This document shows positions 19,954 to 40,487 of a stretch of 64,000 bases of DNA, in pieces. Each line of letters starts with the position of its first letter. The first letter of the stretch is position 1. The position numbers and the translations under genes were made by a program. Origin of the DNA: the human T2T-CHM13v2.0 reference genome, Homo sapiens; NCBI RefSeq assembly GCF_009914755.1, contig NC_060930.1. One strand, 5' to 3'. The notes beneath the pieces are model-generated. The model saw nothing but the letters and a program-made list of their open reading frames with translations, ran no database searches and was not told the DNA's origin.

Positions 19954-20529
19954 GCTACCATGGAAACAATTTTTAGAGATGTTCTGCAGAGTGATGTGAT
20001 GCTGATTAAAGAGTTCAAGCACTTCATTTTAAAATTAGGCCAGAGTCAGCCAGGAAGAAGCTGTACATTGCAGAGCTGGTCCACCTCTTGCTGCTGAGCT
20101 GGGCTGTGCTGGGCTGCTCCTGCCAGGTTGCCATGGCCAGCAGCACTTCTTTACAACCTTCTTGATCTAAGGAGGCCAGGAGGTAATTTACAGCATGGCA
20201 GCTCTGGTGATCCTTGTCAAAAGGTTAATAGTTATGAACTTTCCAGTTAAGAAATGTATTATGTACTGCTCTGTAATCTGTGAGTGCTTAGCCTTAAAGG
20301 GCTTGATGAGGATAATATTCTGGCATTTTACATTCTGACACGAACTTCATAACCATTAAAAACAAATGCTTGGCAAATTAATGGCTGTTGGATCTTTATT
20401 AACTTGCAGTGAAATATAATATCACTTTCATTAAAATATATTGCTGAAAAATGATGGTAAGAAAAATGTATTCTGAATGACAGTGAAGCTGTGAGATCCT
20501 AGGGCTGTTTATTTTATTACTATGGCAAC
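19954..20529. promoter_or_regulatory. Candidate enhancer with three RFX X-box-like motifs
   Basis: GCTACCATGGAAAC (19954-19967), GTTGCCATGGCCAG (20127-20140) and ATTACTATGGCAAC (20516-20529) lie in apparently non-repetitive sequence. Motif evidence only. Confidence 0.35.
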
Positions 20530-21382
20530 TGTGATAAAAACATACACACTACCAATGTTGTTTCCTTTAGTGAAAATTCTAAATTATAAATCGACTTGCT
20601 AACTAATTTTAAATTCTTACTTTTCAAAACAAGGTGTTATTTTAGGGGTAAATTTCTAAAACTGAAATTTAGTCTCTTATTAGAAATACAGATGCAAAAT
20701 GACTGCAGGACAATTGAAATTTAAAATAGTCTAAAACATTGAAAAAACTTTTCTATAGCTGAATTTTCCCCAGACCACTTACCCTTTATCCCTTTGCTCT
20801 TTTTAACTTACCAAGAATACAGTGCTGTGTAATTATGAAAATCTCAGTATTTGTTGCTATGAATCAGCGTAATGATACTTATCAAATCATTTAAAGAGAA
20901 ATTAAATTTTTGCCATTTTAATGGGCATTCAAACAGTGTTTCACAAAACCATTAAGGTAAAAAAGCATCATGCCCATTTTATAGAACATGTTCTATCTGT
21001 TGTGCCACACTTAAACCAAGCTCTCTGTCAAAAAACAAACTGGCATATGTGAGTATTCATAAATAGACATAGATAAAGAATATTTTCATGTGTAGACACT
21101 TGTCACCAGTAAAATAAAGTAGTTTGAATTGCACTCAGCTGAAAACATGCTGAAATCTAGGTTCATTTCACTCATCGATTCATAAACTATTTATACCCAA
21201 CTACTTCTGTGTAGTGTGGCAGGGATGTAAACTTGAAACATACACATCTAGGTACCTTTATACTCAATCATACTCTTTTTCTTCTGTCTTAATCTGTTTT
21301 GTGCTCTTGTAGCAGAATACTACTGGCTGAATAATGTATAAAAAGCACAACTTACCACCTCACAGTCCTGGAGGTTGAAAAG

Positions 21383-23954
<2,572 letters not shown>

Positions 23955-25229
23955 GAAAGTCTAAAGTCAAGGCACCAGCGGTTCAGTCTCTGGCTCCATT
24001 GCTGTGTCCTTCAAACAAGGGGAAAGCTAATCCTCACATGGCAGAAGGTGGAAGGGCTAAGGGGCAAAAGGGGGCCAAACTTGTCCTTTTGTAATGGCAT
24101 TAATCCCATCCATGAGGCAGAGCCCTCAAGGCCCAATCAGCTCCCAAAGGTCCCACCTCCCAGCACCGGTATGATGACAACCATATTTCAGCATGAGTTT
24201 TGGAGGGAATGAACATTCAAACCATAGCACCTTCTTTACTCCATTAAAGATGAAAACTCTGTGATTTCTGTGTTGAAATTGAAATTTTTTGGTTCTAAGG
24301 TTTTGTAATTACATGCACTCTTTGATTGACTGATCAATTTTACTGATGAGGAAAATGAAAGAACCTGTGGTTTCTTTTTAATTTTTCTTTTTTAAAATTT
24401 TTCCCTCTGCTCCAGAGCATGGTGTTTTCCAATTAGAGGTCAATAAAAACAGTGATTTAAGTATTTTTGAATAAATAAAAAGTAGCAGTTCCTTATTTTT
24501 GTCCTGCCTTTAGTCTACAGTCTACATTTTTGGCAAAAAGTTTCATTTTGCACATCTTTTTCCAGTATGCAGTGCCTGTGAGTTTCAAGTGCATTTGTTA
24601 ACTTGTTGCATTTTCTTCTTTTGTCCTTTCTCCCCTCACCCCCATTTCATCAACAAGAACAACACATCATTTCAAATATCAAGGTATAATCATTCTCCTG
24701 CATGGCAAGTGTATTTGGCCATACTTTGGGCAGTATTTATCTTTTCTCAGAGAAGAGTCCCATTATCTTCATGGCAAGTTCACATTTATGACTATGGACT
24801 TCATGCCTATCAAGCAGCCCTGAGAGCCAAAAGACAGAATCAAACTGGATTCCCAACTTATTGTGTATAGCTTTTACCCAAAAAAGTTGTTGAGAAGATT
24901 GGAAAAGACAATATATATGCCTGGCTAAACAACTAATTGTTTTCATCTTTATTTTTCCCTGCTTTCATTTCTATTTTTTTTAAATAAAGCATTATAGTCA
25001 TAATTTTCACTAGTGAAGAACTCATAAAGGTATGAAGGACAGGCTTGGCATGGCAGCTAGAATCCGATAGCACCTATATTTTTATGCACCACTATGCTTG
25101 GTGGATTGATATCTTGTATCAAGTCATGAGACAATTGCTCCAATTCTAGGCATGCCTCTCCTTTGAAGGGAAAAAATAGGTCAGTGAAAAACAGTAGGAT
25201 CTAGTTGCACCTGTCCCCTTTTATTTGCT

Positions 25230-26300
25230 CAATTTTTATTTTGAAAGAATCTCAAGCCCACATAATACTCATAGACACAGTACAAATAGTAATCATTGTC
25301 CCCCTGAACTGTTTGAAAGTTGCTAATATGGTATCTAATCCCCTCTGACTATTTTAGTATGTATTTCCTACAAATGAAGACATGGTTCTACATAAACACT
25401 AATATTCATCATGAAATTGACACTGATACTGAGACATTACTGCCTTCTAATCATCAGACTCTACGTTTTACCAAGTGTTCCAGTCATATCCTTTATTACC
25501 AGATGATCTGGTCCAGTATCACATGCTCATCTAGCTGTCATGTTTCCTTAGTCTCTCTCATTGGGGAGCAGGTTGGCATTGGTCTGTCCTTGGCTTTTAT
25601 GACCTTGGTGCTTTTGAAGATTACAGGTCAGTTATCTTTTAGAACATCCCTCAATGTGTTTTTATCTGAGGTTTCTTCATGATTACATTTGGGTTATGAA
25701 TTTTTGGCAGAAATACCACAGAAGTGTTTTTATTGCATCTTATTTTTATTTGTACTATGTTATAGTGACTCTAGGGATATTAAGTTTGATAAACTTGATC
25801 AGGTGGCATTTCCACACACAATTACATCATTATTTTTACATCTATCCATATATATTGAAAATTGTATGTTCACACCAATGTCTCTAATTCCAAACCAAAG
25901 CCACAAGAGTTCTTCTAGGTTTTTCCTTTTCCATAATTGCAGCTTCTATCTGCAACAGCAAAAATCTTGGCTTTCGTAGTCCTTAAAATATTTACTTATT
26001 TCATCAATCTCCCCAAATGTAACTAATCTTAAGCCATATCCACCTCACCTCACACAAATGCTATGCTTCCTCTGCTCAGGCCCTACTACCCCCTATTGAA
26101 CCACTCTTCTACTCTAATATTCTCCTCACACCCTTGGGCTGTCACATTCTGAGCTAGGCTGCCCCTCTGTGTGAGCCTCCATACCTCCTCAAGCTCTAAC
26201 ACTGATCTGGGTGCCTCCTCCCCTGCTTACCAATGTCTACCTTGCTTTACCTCCCCTAATAGCTTTTGGATTAAGTTATTTAGGATGGAAGAAAAGGAAA
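25230..26300 (-). mobile_element. Old L1 3' region fragment (L1MC/ME-type)
   Basis: Starts AATTTTTATTTTGAAA with an antisense old-L1 3'UTR-like pattern. Approximate. Confidence 0.5.
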
Positions 26301-26514
26301 GGGAAGATAAGGAAAGAAGAGGGAGTGAAGCAAAGAGAAGGGAAAGGAGAGCAAGACAGGAAGAGGAAGAAGAGAAGGAAGTTGACTTTTGTATTACCCT
26401 GCTTTCACTCCCGAGTTCTCTCTGCTTTTGAATTCATTGCCTCCTTTACACCTGTTTTCATCTTCAATTAATATTATGTTTTTAAAATTAGAGGCCTCTA
26501 CCTTTCTGCCTCTG

Positions 26515-27470
26515 TTTTTTAAAATTTTCCAGATTTATTAAGGCATAATTGACAGAAATGAATGTATGTACTGTATTAAATATGATATTTTGATAAACAC
26601 ATACACTGTAAAGTGATTATGACAATCAAGCTAATTAACATATTCTTCACTTCACATAGTTACCACTTTTTTTGTTGTTGTGAGAACACAAGATCTACTC
26701 TCTCAGCAAATCTCAAGTAAATAAAATACAGTATTATTAACTATAGTTACCATGCTGTACATCAGATCTCCTGAACATACTTATTCTGCATAACTGACAC
26801 TTTTTACACTTTGACCAACATCTCCCCATTTCTCCCAATCCCTAGCCTCTAGCAATCACCATTCTACTCTGTTTTGATGACTCTGACGTTTCAAAATTCC
26901 ACATGCAAATGAGATCATGCAAGATTTGCCTTTCTGGGCCTGGCTTATTTCATTCAGCATAATGTCCTCCAGTTTTATCAATGTTGTTGCAAATGGCAGG
27001 ATTTCCTCCTTTTATCCATTCATCTGTCTGTGGACACTCAGGTTGATTCCATATCTTGGCCTTTGTGAAAAATGCTGCAATAAACACGGAAATGCATACA
27101 TTTCTTTGAGATACTGATTTAATTTCCTTTGGATATATACCCAGTAGTGAGACTGCTGGATCTTATGGTTATTCTAAGATTTTTGAGGAACCCCAATATT
27201 GTTTTCCATAATGGCTGTACTAATTTACATTACCACCAACAGTGCACCAGGCTTCCCTTTTCTCCACACCCTCACCAAAACACTTATCTTTCATATTTTA
27301 GATAATAGATGTGAGTTGATATTTCATTGTGGTTTTAATTTTAATTTCCCCAATAATTGGTGATGTTGAACACTGTTTCATATACTTCTTGGCCATTCCC
27401 ATTTCTTCTTTTGATAAATATCTATACAGGCACTTTGTCCATTTTTTAATCGTATTATTTGCCACTTTTC
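26515..27470 (-). mobile_element. L1MA/MB-type 3' end fragment
   Basis: Antisense 3'UTR plus ORF2 C-terminus motifs (TGGCTTATTTCATTCAGCATAATGTCCTCCAG; GGATATATACCCAGTAGTG). Confidence 0.85.
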
Positions 27471-28199
27471 TTTGTTCCTGTTTGCTCAGCTCGAATTCTA
27501 TTCAAATTTCAATTAGTTTGGGAAAATTATCCCTAGTGAAGGTAATGGTTTTGAATATCCTTTTGGAAATACAGTTCATCCTCACCCTTATATTCCTTTT
27601 TATCATTTCGGACAAATTATTTAATAGGCCAAAGCTTTACAAGTAAATTAATTGGCTAAAAGATGAACTCATATGCATTTTGATAACTTGAATGTGTTTG
27701 GCTACTTATACTCCATCAACAGAGAAAGCTGAGAAAGTAACTCTTTTATAATAAGCTTTTGAGTGGGGAAGGTCACATCCGATGGCCATGATAGAGTGGG
27801 TGGAACCAAGTTACTGTGTCATTTAGCACAGTCCTGCCCATTAGCTCTGAATCAAGTCTGTCTCTTAAATTACATTAATGTTGCTGGTAATTTCAAATCA
27901 GGAAACGTGGGTACTTTTTGAAGGAAGGATGTTTTGAATTTGTTGGTGACAAGGAAAGAGATAGCTTTAGCTCAGATTTGGAACAAAGAAGAAAACAATC
28001 TGGACCAAGGCAGCCTGTTTCAGAGGCCAGCTTGGTGTCTAGTGGCAATACCAACCTTCTGGGAGCACTTCTAGTTATGCTGGCCTATCTCAACTATACG
28101 AAAGGAAAGCACAGGAAGGAATTTTGCCTAAATTTGGACTGGAGTTTTAAAGGTGATCAGCAAGCCCTTGGGTGCTGTCTGTGTCATAGCAATGGGGCT

Positions 28200-28473
28200 T
28201 TAATTATAAAATCCCCAAGTGCAATACACAGATCAAGAGTTGAGTTCCAGTGTTCGATAGCCCAGGAGGGAAACTACTGTTACAATAACTTATTGTACAT
28301 TTCAAAATAGCTGAAAGAAAGATTTGGAATTTTCCCAACACAAAGCAAGGGCAAACATATGAGGCATTGTATATCCCAATTACCCTAATTTGATCACTAC
28401 ACATTGTATGCATGTGTTAAAATATTGCATGTACCTCAGGAAGGTATATGATCATTATGTATCAGCAAAAAAA
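28200..28473 (+). mobile_element. L1MA-type 3'UTR fragment
   Basis: TTATTGTACATTTCAAAATAGCT..AATTACCCTAATTTGATCACTACACATTGTATGCATG followed by an A-tail. Confidence 0.75.
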
Positions 28474-28525
28474 AGGTTTGAGGCCACTTGTCTAGTTCCT
28501 CAGCCTTTGTGACGATCTCTCCTAA

Positions 28526-28861
<336 letters not shown>

Positions 28862-28948
28862 TAAAAAAATTAAATAAAAGCATGTAAAATTTCATTTTAT
28901 AAATAAGGCCATTTCTATTTTATTTCTATTATTATCCACAGATATTTA

Positions 28949-31313
<2,365 letters not shown>

Positions 31314-31389
31314 ATCCACAGATATTTAAATGAAAGAGACAAGCATACCACACCTTAAAATTTTGAGAATTGAGGAAAGAAAGACATTC

Positions 31390-31800
31390 TTTTTCTATGA
31401 ACATGCCAAGCGGGATCCTAACTTAGGGTGTTTGCATTAGTTATTTCCTCAGCTGGAAAGCTGTTTCCCCAGAGCTTCCTTCTCATTCTTGACTCCTTCT
31501 TGCCATTCAGGTCTCAACTCAAACTTCGGTGAAAACTTTTTGATTAACTAAACTGCAGTCCCTTGGTGTTTCACTGGCATAGCACCTTAATATATTTTCA
31601 CCTTGGCACTTTCATATTCTTATTGTATTCTTGATATATTGGCTATTTGCTTACTGTCTACCTTCATCAACGTGAATGTAACTACCAAGAAAGTAAAGAC
31701 TTTGACTGTCTTGGAGTTGAGTGTTGTATTACTAGTACTTTGAGTATCTGGTGTCACATAATATCTAATCAATAAATAAATGTTTAAAGAATGAATGACA
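31390..31800 (+). mobile_element. L2 3' end fragment
   Basis: Pyrimidine-rich L2-like tract ending AATAAATGTT..GAATGAATGA. Confidence 0.65.
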
Positions 31801-34800
31801 TGAAAGCAATAGTGATTGAGTAGAATGAAGCCTCTTCAGATGAATTATATTGGACACAAGAAAAAATAGCTGGGATGTAAAATGAGCTAAAATAGCAGTT
31901 AAATAGGTATTAACAAACTGGTTCAAGAGTGTAATTCACTTCATATTGACCAGCCAGAGGTAATAGCAAGCAGCTTTCTAATTGAACAGGGCCCAAACAA
32001 TATGGTTACTTATGACGAATTAAATTAATCATCTTCGACTTTGTTAAGTGTCTTATAGATGTTTAAAATATCTAAGAAGTATTTACTATATCTATATGAT
32101 TTATTAGAGGTCATTCTCAATATTCACGGAACACTAAGGAGCTGCCAAGCTTCATTTGAAATGCTGGGGATACAATGGTGAATTAGAAAGCATTCACTGC
32201 CTTCAAAGAACATACTCTGCTGTCTAGAGTCTGGAGGAGGATACAGGACAGGAGACTGGTGGGGCCACCATGTGGCGAGTGTTAAGATATTGCCAAATAG
32301 TGTTACGGGAGCACAATGGAAGGGCATAAAAGGTCACAAAAACTTCCTTGAGAATGTAAAATCTAGGATAAATAAACTTGTAGGAAAGCTACAAATTAGC
32401 TAATCAAATGTGAAAGTTGGTAAAAGGGCAAATGACCCAAGGAGGTGAAAGATTCCAAGGTCACATAGGGAAGCTTAGGAACATACGTATATTTGTGCAA
32501 TAGAGCATGAGGGAATGCAGTGAGCATACCGCACCAAATGATCATGTTGGTGCTTTGTTAAAAATGATTTAGTGCATCACTGCATTTACCCAGCGTTAGT
32601 GAACTATGGTCTTTCTTACTCTAATGGAAAATAAATTCCCAGTGTGTCACATAACTTGTGGAGAAGGACAAAATAACTTCATTTAAGAATTTTGGTGATT
32701 TAGAAAAAGCATCTAATTTTGAAAATCGGTTTTATTCATTGAGTATTGAATGTCTGCTCTCTGTCAAGCGTTGTGGTCAATGCTGAATGCAGGGTGGAGA
32801 ACAAAACAGATAGAAAGCACACTGCTGTGGATCTTGAAGACTGTGCCATTGGAAGCATCTTTGGAAAGGGCTCTGCATTGTTCTGAGGGCCACAGTCAGT
32901 AGTAGCAATGGTGAATTTTTCCCCATGGCTTTATAGGCAGTAGATATCAATGAGAAAGCAAAGCAGATATTGTAGATGCCATGTGGTGGCTATGGAGCAA
33001 AGCCTAACTTTAAGGAAGCACATCAGAATCCTCCTTAGTGTTTCTTGGAAATACTTGATGAATTGGGGTAACTTTGTAGGGGAGATAGCTGAGATTCTTT
33101 GTAGGCAGAAACAAGAACAGGTCCTTTACTGAATGCTGACTATTAATGTTAAGGTGACTTAATTCATATCCACAGATAGGTAAGGCCTGATGATCTGCAG
33201 ATTATTCTCATGATCAAGTTACGATGGATTCTTATACTTTCGTATACCATGACACCATGGGTAAAAATAGTATTAATGTCACGCTTTCAGGCACAGACAC
33301 ATTTGCTGGACCCTAGTGCACAATATTGGCATAATAATTTTATCTGCTGGAGTTGAGTGCTCCTTCTATGGGTTGCAGTAAGCAGACAGATCTCCTTTAG
33401 GGTAGCAATAAAAGTAAACTAGTGATTTTTCCAGCCCATTCAGGTGTAGGTTATTCATGTGATAGTAAAAGTTCATATGCACAATTTTAAAACACTAAAA
33501 TGGGTCAAGACTGAACAAGAGATTTTGTAAAACACACAGGTGTTGATGAAGGTATCTCTTTCTCTTGAAAGCCAGGATGGAAAGAATGTTTTTAATCAAG
33601 AATCTGGACAGCTTATTGGGGAGTGCTGGAGCAGCCTCAGAGAGTGGCTTTTAAATTTCACTTTATAACATTTTACAAAAATTAGATGGCAGAATAGAAA
33701 ACTTCTAAAGAGGTACTAGAAGGCACTGATTCTCTTTATTTTATTTGATTGTTTTAAATCAAAACGATAAACTTAGAGCTCTATTCCATTATATTTTAAA
33801 CCTGTCATTTTGAGCTAACTTGTCATTTATCTATCTTTTTATGCTGTAAAGTTTATTGGAAATAAGTTAATTCATTTTAATAAATGCTTTGTGCTTTTAG
33901 GAGTGAAAAAATCCCACTTGCATTAAATAAAAATACTATTATGATTGCATCTGTAATCGTTTCTGTCATGGGAAAATGGTGTTTCTCTAAACCTCTAATG
34001 AGATCTGTGCAGGTGTTTGCATATTTGCCATAAATCTGTACCCACACAAAGTTCATTCTGTGGCATAAAAATAAATCATCTCATTCAGGTGGAATTGAGC
34101 TCTGACTCAAGAATACTCCTTCTCACTTCTCTTTCCAAAATCAAAGCAACACTTACATTTCCACTGCCATATGCTATCTTTCTCAGCTCTCAAACTACTT
34201 ATATATACTGGGTTCTTTTCCTTCTGTTATTTCAAAGCCATGAGAGAAACTGGAGCATGAAAATGGATTTCAGCTTATGTAAAACCACGGAGTAGGTTTC
34301 CTTAGAGACTTAGGGAGGGGGTTTGTTCTGAAGTTATGATGAGTCATCACATACAGGCCTCTGGCCGAACTTGCTATCATATAGTATTTGCATATGAGTA
34401 AACAGAGTTGTTCTTTTCATAAGATTGATAAGCACTTCAAGCTTTTAAATTGGGGCCTTCCCCAGTTAAAAAAATATATTTGTATACTATATATAGTATA
34501 GATATAGTGCATACATATGTAATTTTTTCCTCAAAAGTTGAATATTGTAAGGATAGGAATACTTGCTTTCCCAAGATGGTGGATAAAGGGGTGGTATGTG
34601 GTTTTTATAATTATTTGCTCTAAATATGTAAATTCTGGTTTCTGCTTGGGCTGTGCCTTACTGGGTAAGCTTGGGGAAGTCCCTGATGCCTCCAGTATCT
34701 CAAGTTTCCATTTATAAAGTGATGGACTTAGAATTATTGTAAATGAGAGTCAAATCACTTATTGAGCTATTTTCATATATCTGAAAACTTAGAACCATAA

Positions 34801-35809
34801 AGACTGAGAATCCATATAACAGGGAGGATCATTCGCTTTATGACCTGGAGGTTCAAGACTACAAAGACACAAAGCAAAACCTTAACAGAGCACCAACACC
34901 CATTTTCAGTCTCCCCATGGGCAGCCCCCTGTGGGGGTGGTTTGTCCGTGCTCTCTGTCTACTCTCAAAGCAGCATACGCTTCTATAACCAGGAAGTTCA
35001 GGAAGAGCTTCATGTGCCTGGATTGATGGCAACATGGTGAAGGAAAACTATTGACAGATATGTGAACATGTTAATTCTTAATTTTATTATGAAATGACCA
35101 GCCAATGTTTATATTGAAAGCTAAACATATCTAATATCTGAGCACAATTTGAACATTAATATAATGTGGAGAAAATACAGAGGCCAGCTTCTCTGGCAGA
35201 GTGGACATGATTTTATCCATCACAGGATAAAGTTTCTGAAATTGTTAATATTTATTAAAATAACTTTCTTCTGTCCCTAAATATATAAATACATTTCATC
35301 CACAAAATTTAAGACATATAATGTATCTAGAAAGTTACTAAAATGTTCTTATATCCTGCAAAGCAACTACATGAAAACATGCATCTAGCTAATGAATTCA
35401 ATAAGTATGTGTAATTGTAGAGTTCCTTTTCTTAGTTTTCTGTCCTTCATTCACATTCTATTGGAGTAACTCAAAGTGAGGCTGAATAGCATTTCATGCC
35501 TTCACAGGTATTAAGCAATTTCCATGAGAAAAAGCAGCTAGTTCAGTTCTCAATTCCAAAGATCACACAAGTGCTTTTCCTCTAAACAGCCCTATGCTTT
35601 GATTGTGGCAGGAGTGCTTTATGTGTTCTTCATACTTCCCATTGCCTCACACAGAATATTAAAAAGACCATGCCCAGAAGTCTACATTTAATAAAATTAA
35701 CAATCATTATTGCTTCATCAAGGGCATTCTGAAGCAAAACTGGCTTATTTTTAAACACCAGTGTAGAGCAATGGAGAGTACAGTTAGCTGCCTCTGCCTT
35801 GATTCAAGC

Positions 35810-35982
35810 TAAGGCACTGTGCTGCTTCTGCTATTACTTTTGAACCAGCAGTGCAGATGTTAACGCAGTCAAAAGGGCAAATAATTTCATTATATTATTA
35901 TGAATAATTTGCCCATACAGACTCCCTGAACGTGTCAGAGGGAGACCAAGAGGTTTGCTGACTACATTTAAGAACTGCTAGT
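35810..35982. mobile_element. hAT-Charlie-type DNA transposon fragment
   Basis: Ends in a CTACATTTAAGAACTGCT hAT-like terminus. Recalled similarity only. Confidence 0.45.
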
Positions 35983-36526
35983 TTTCATTTTTGGTGTCCC
36001 TTTGATGAGTTTTACAATCAATAATATACTAGTTTAATAAAAGAATTCAAAAATGTTCCTTTATTTGCCATGTTCTTGGACCACTTTCAGTAACAATGAA
36101 ATTATCTGAACTTAAAAGTTTAGGGACACAACCCTATTTTAGTGTCTTTTGGGGAAGTGTCGCTTATGATAACCGTGTGTATTCCTTCCAAATTAATTAT
36201 TATATTTATATTTCCTAACTCTTAGGAGGTTATTTCAAGTAATTTATATTTGCTAGAAGACATTTCATCAGATGTTCATCTTTTTTTTTACATAGAATTA
36301 ATCAAAGTGGACACTTATGATTTGATTAATTCCTTCATTGTGGATATTTCTTTTTTAAAATCATTTTTATACAACAAATTGGGTATTTTTCCCTTTTATC
36401 TTCATTTGGTTAAGTCTCCTTTATAGTTTTGTTATACTTTAAATCAACATTGTTTGCTTTTTACAATTAATTCTACATTTTAATGTTTCAAATTAATTAC
36501 TTTCTGCTTTAAAAATGTCTTCTTTT

Positions 36527-36849
<323 letters not shown>

Positions 36850-37934
36850 AAAAAAGTCTTCTTTTTTAAGTTTGTCTGATTGTTCATGTTCTAACCACCT
36901 TATATAGATGTTTCTTTAACTTTAAAAATTTTTATTAATATAAAGAGTTAAGGCTATGGATTTTCTTTGGACCTTTGTTTTAACTGTAAAATATATTCTG
37001 TTATTTTGGTTTCCATTTTCTCTTGGACAGCAGAATTGTTTAAGAGAAGACTTCTGGGTGGATAGGAGGGTAATAGTATAGTTGTGCAATAGTAGTTATT
37101 TTTGCTGTTTTTAAAAATTTGTTTTAAGTTCTATTTTTATTGCATTGTGATTAGGAAAGCTAATACACACAACACACACACAGTAAATTTATTGCCTTTT
37201 TAAACCTAATATAAATATTGTTTGTGAATATTCCATGTGTTCTTAGAAAAAAGTTGTTAACTTTGTTTTCATTCTACTGACTTTGATGTATATCAAGTAG
37301 ACCTACCTTAAAAATCATCACTCTATTTGTGTATTCTATTTTCTAATTTTGTGTTCACTTGAACTATCATTGACTAAGAGAAGTGAATTAAAGTTTCCTG
37401 CTCTTAACAGATTTCTATTTCTCCTTGTGCTGTCCCCCTGCTATACACTTTTTTCCTTCATGTGTACTAATGCAGTGCAGTCCTACCTGATATAGATATA
37501 TTCATACTGTTAGATATTCATTTGGTTTGAAACCGGAATTGTATCTTCTCCATCTCATTTAATACCTTTCACTCTGAATCCAATCTCATCTAATACTGAA
37601 ATTGCAATCTCTGATTTCTATTTGTGTTTGTCTAATATGTCTTTTCAATTTTTAAATTTTCAATCTTTTCAAATAATTTCATTCTTCTGCTCCATACTGA
37701 CATATCATCTTTCCAAGTAACATGGCTCTGACGACTTCCTTGTGTAAAACATATAGTTAAGTATTTTTTTTTCTTTTGACATCTGTGTTTAGTCTATTTA
37801 AATTTTTATATAAAAAAGAAGCTTGGTTTTATATAGTTCTGTTATCACAGCCTATGTCATACTTTCTGTTTTCCTAGCATGTGTGTATGTAGGGGTTTTA
37901 AAAAGTAATTTTGAAATTTGTCTTTGTCTAGTGA

Positions 37935-38245
<311 letters not shown>

Positions 38246-39780
38246 AATGATTATTGTTTTAAGTTTTACTTTTTATTCATAAATGTATTGGTTTCCTATT
38301 GTTACCTGTCAAAGAATGATGAAGTTGATATATTTTTACGTCCTTCTTCTTTCCCTCCTTTCCCTTTGACAGTGAATTTTTATTAATTTGTATATTTAAT
38401 ATTTATCTTTTCTTTTATAAATATACTTCTATTGTTTCTTGGTCATTTAAAATAATCTCGATTGATCCTCACCTTGATCTAAAAAATTACTTATTACCTC
38501 CTATCTTTCTGTCCTTCCCCTTCCAGACTTTCTTCAGCTGTCTCATTTCTACCTTGTCAGGATTTCTACTATTTACATTCTCTTCTAGTATCGTAATCAA
38601 CATATTTGTTTTGTCTTAGTCACAGAATTAGTTTCAGTATTTGATATCACTCCTTTTACAATTGTTTATCAAACATTTTTTGGTTGATTGAAGTGTTTTC
38701 TAGTACTTTCTTCAAGAAGGCTCATGGGATCCATAGCCTATGAGTTCTTGCTTTTTAAAATGTATTTTCTTTTCTTTTATTCTTAAACAACAATTAGAGC
38801 ATAAAATTCTTGGGTTTTATTTTCTTTTGATGGCTTTGTAAAAAATTGCTCCACTTTTATCAAAGTTGACTGTTTTATTGGGAAATCAGACATTAGCCAG
38901 GCATTTTTTTTACAGGTGCATGTATAACATCATCTTTTGGCTTTTTGGCAAAAAGATTCTTTCATTATTATGACATTCAGTAACTAGTAACTAAACTAAG
39001 ATATGCCTCAGTAGTGATCATTCTACATCATTTTCCTATGGATAAAGGGCATTCTTTCAATATTTAGATTCAACTTTTTTTTTTTTTTTTTTTTTTTTAC
39101 TTCTGGAACACTGTCTTTAATTATATACTTACATGTTTTTTTCTCTGTTCCATTATTTTTCTTCCTTTATTCTAGGACTCCAGTTATAAATGTTTTGCAT
39201 TTCTTTGACCTAAACTCCATATTTAACATTTTCACTATAATCCATTTGAAAATTGGCATCATTTTCTTTTTGCCTACTTTCCTCAAATCCCGGACCTTAT
39301 GTCTGTTCCTGTGCTGTTAGCCACATCTTTATTCATTCTTTATCAATATTAGAACCTTTTAAAAAGTTAATATTTGTGACCTGCTGTTTGGATTTTTTTT
39401 CTATTTATTCCTTTTTTTAGAAAAAGAAAATGTCTTATTTTCGTTCTTTTTGATTAACCATCTTAAAAAAAATGAATCCTTTCTGAACTAGCAAGAAGGA
39501 CTAGGGCCAACTTATGAGCAAACAGGAATTTTATTTACAATAGCTTTTAGCGTTGAGTATTACGTTTCAGTTTATTCCTCACAAGTCAGCTGAGATTAAC
39601 ACCTCTAGGGCTACTCACATTGTTGTATTTCCCTTCTCTATCTTTCTGGAATACGGGTTGTCTGTGATTTTCTATTCAACTCCAACTTGGCTTTTCTTTG
39701 TAACCAAACTAGACGTGAGGAAGCTCTTCACAGCAGCCTACTCACATGTTTCCGTGTGGCCAATACAGTTTTATTGTTCT

Positions 39781-40300
39781 TGCACGATAGTAATTTTAAA
39801 ACACGGACATGCACATTCTTTGACACTCTTCTCATTCAGACTTTGAAGTTTGAGGTTTCCCTTAAATCTGAGCGGGGCTGTGACTGCTTTGACCAATAGA
39901 GTACAGTGAACGTGATGCAATGGGACTCCCCAGAGGATGACATAACAGGCCATGTGGCTTCTGCCCTATTTTATGGGACACTTGCTCGTAGAATCTGAAC
40001 TAAGATGTGGGAAGCCCAAGTACCCTGATACTACTGTAGTGGAGAGGCCACATGAGGCACAAGCTTAGACAGTCCCAGCTGAGCTCAGCACTTTGGTCAT
40101 CCCCTCTGTACCAGATATGTGAGTGAAGCTGTTTTGGATGATCCAGACCAGCTCAGTCACCAGTTGGTTACAACTGAATGATTTCCGTCAAGGCCAAATG
40201 GAACAGAGGAATGACTCAGCAGAACACTGCTGAAATTGTTGACCACATTCATGAGTTATCATAAAATGGTTGCAGTTTAAACTTTTAAGTTTAGCTGAAA
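39781..40300 (+). mobile_element. MLT1 solo LTR
   Basis: CATTCTTTGACACT..TGACTGCTTTGACCAATAGA..GGAGAGGCCACATG..TGTGAGTGAAGC are MLT1 motifs. Confidence 0.75.
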
Positions 40301-40487
40301 CAAACATCTTTGTGCTGCTTACTTAGAGAAGTGCACCTGGACTGATTTTGTGAGATTTGTAGTTACAGGGTCTCTTGAACTATGTTTTCTTTTACTATAG
40401 ATTTTTAATGCTTCTGAAGCCACTTTCCTATTACTTACATTGAAATTTTAGCTATCTCATAGTTTCAAGGAAAGTGGAGTTCCCATT

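Noticed and set aside
20075-20100. Possible CTCF motif (GCAGCAAGAGGTGG on the minus strand)
   Set aside because: Several mismatches at core positions; not supportable.
34483-34500. Perfect 18-bp palindrome TATACTATATATAGTATA
   Set aside because: TA-rich low-complexity palindromes arise readily by chance or slippage.
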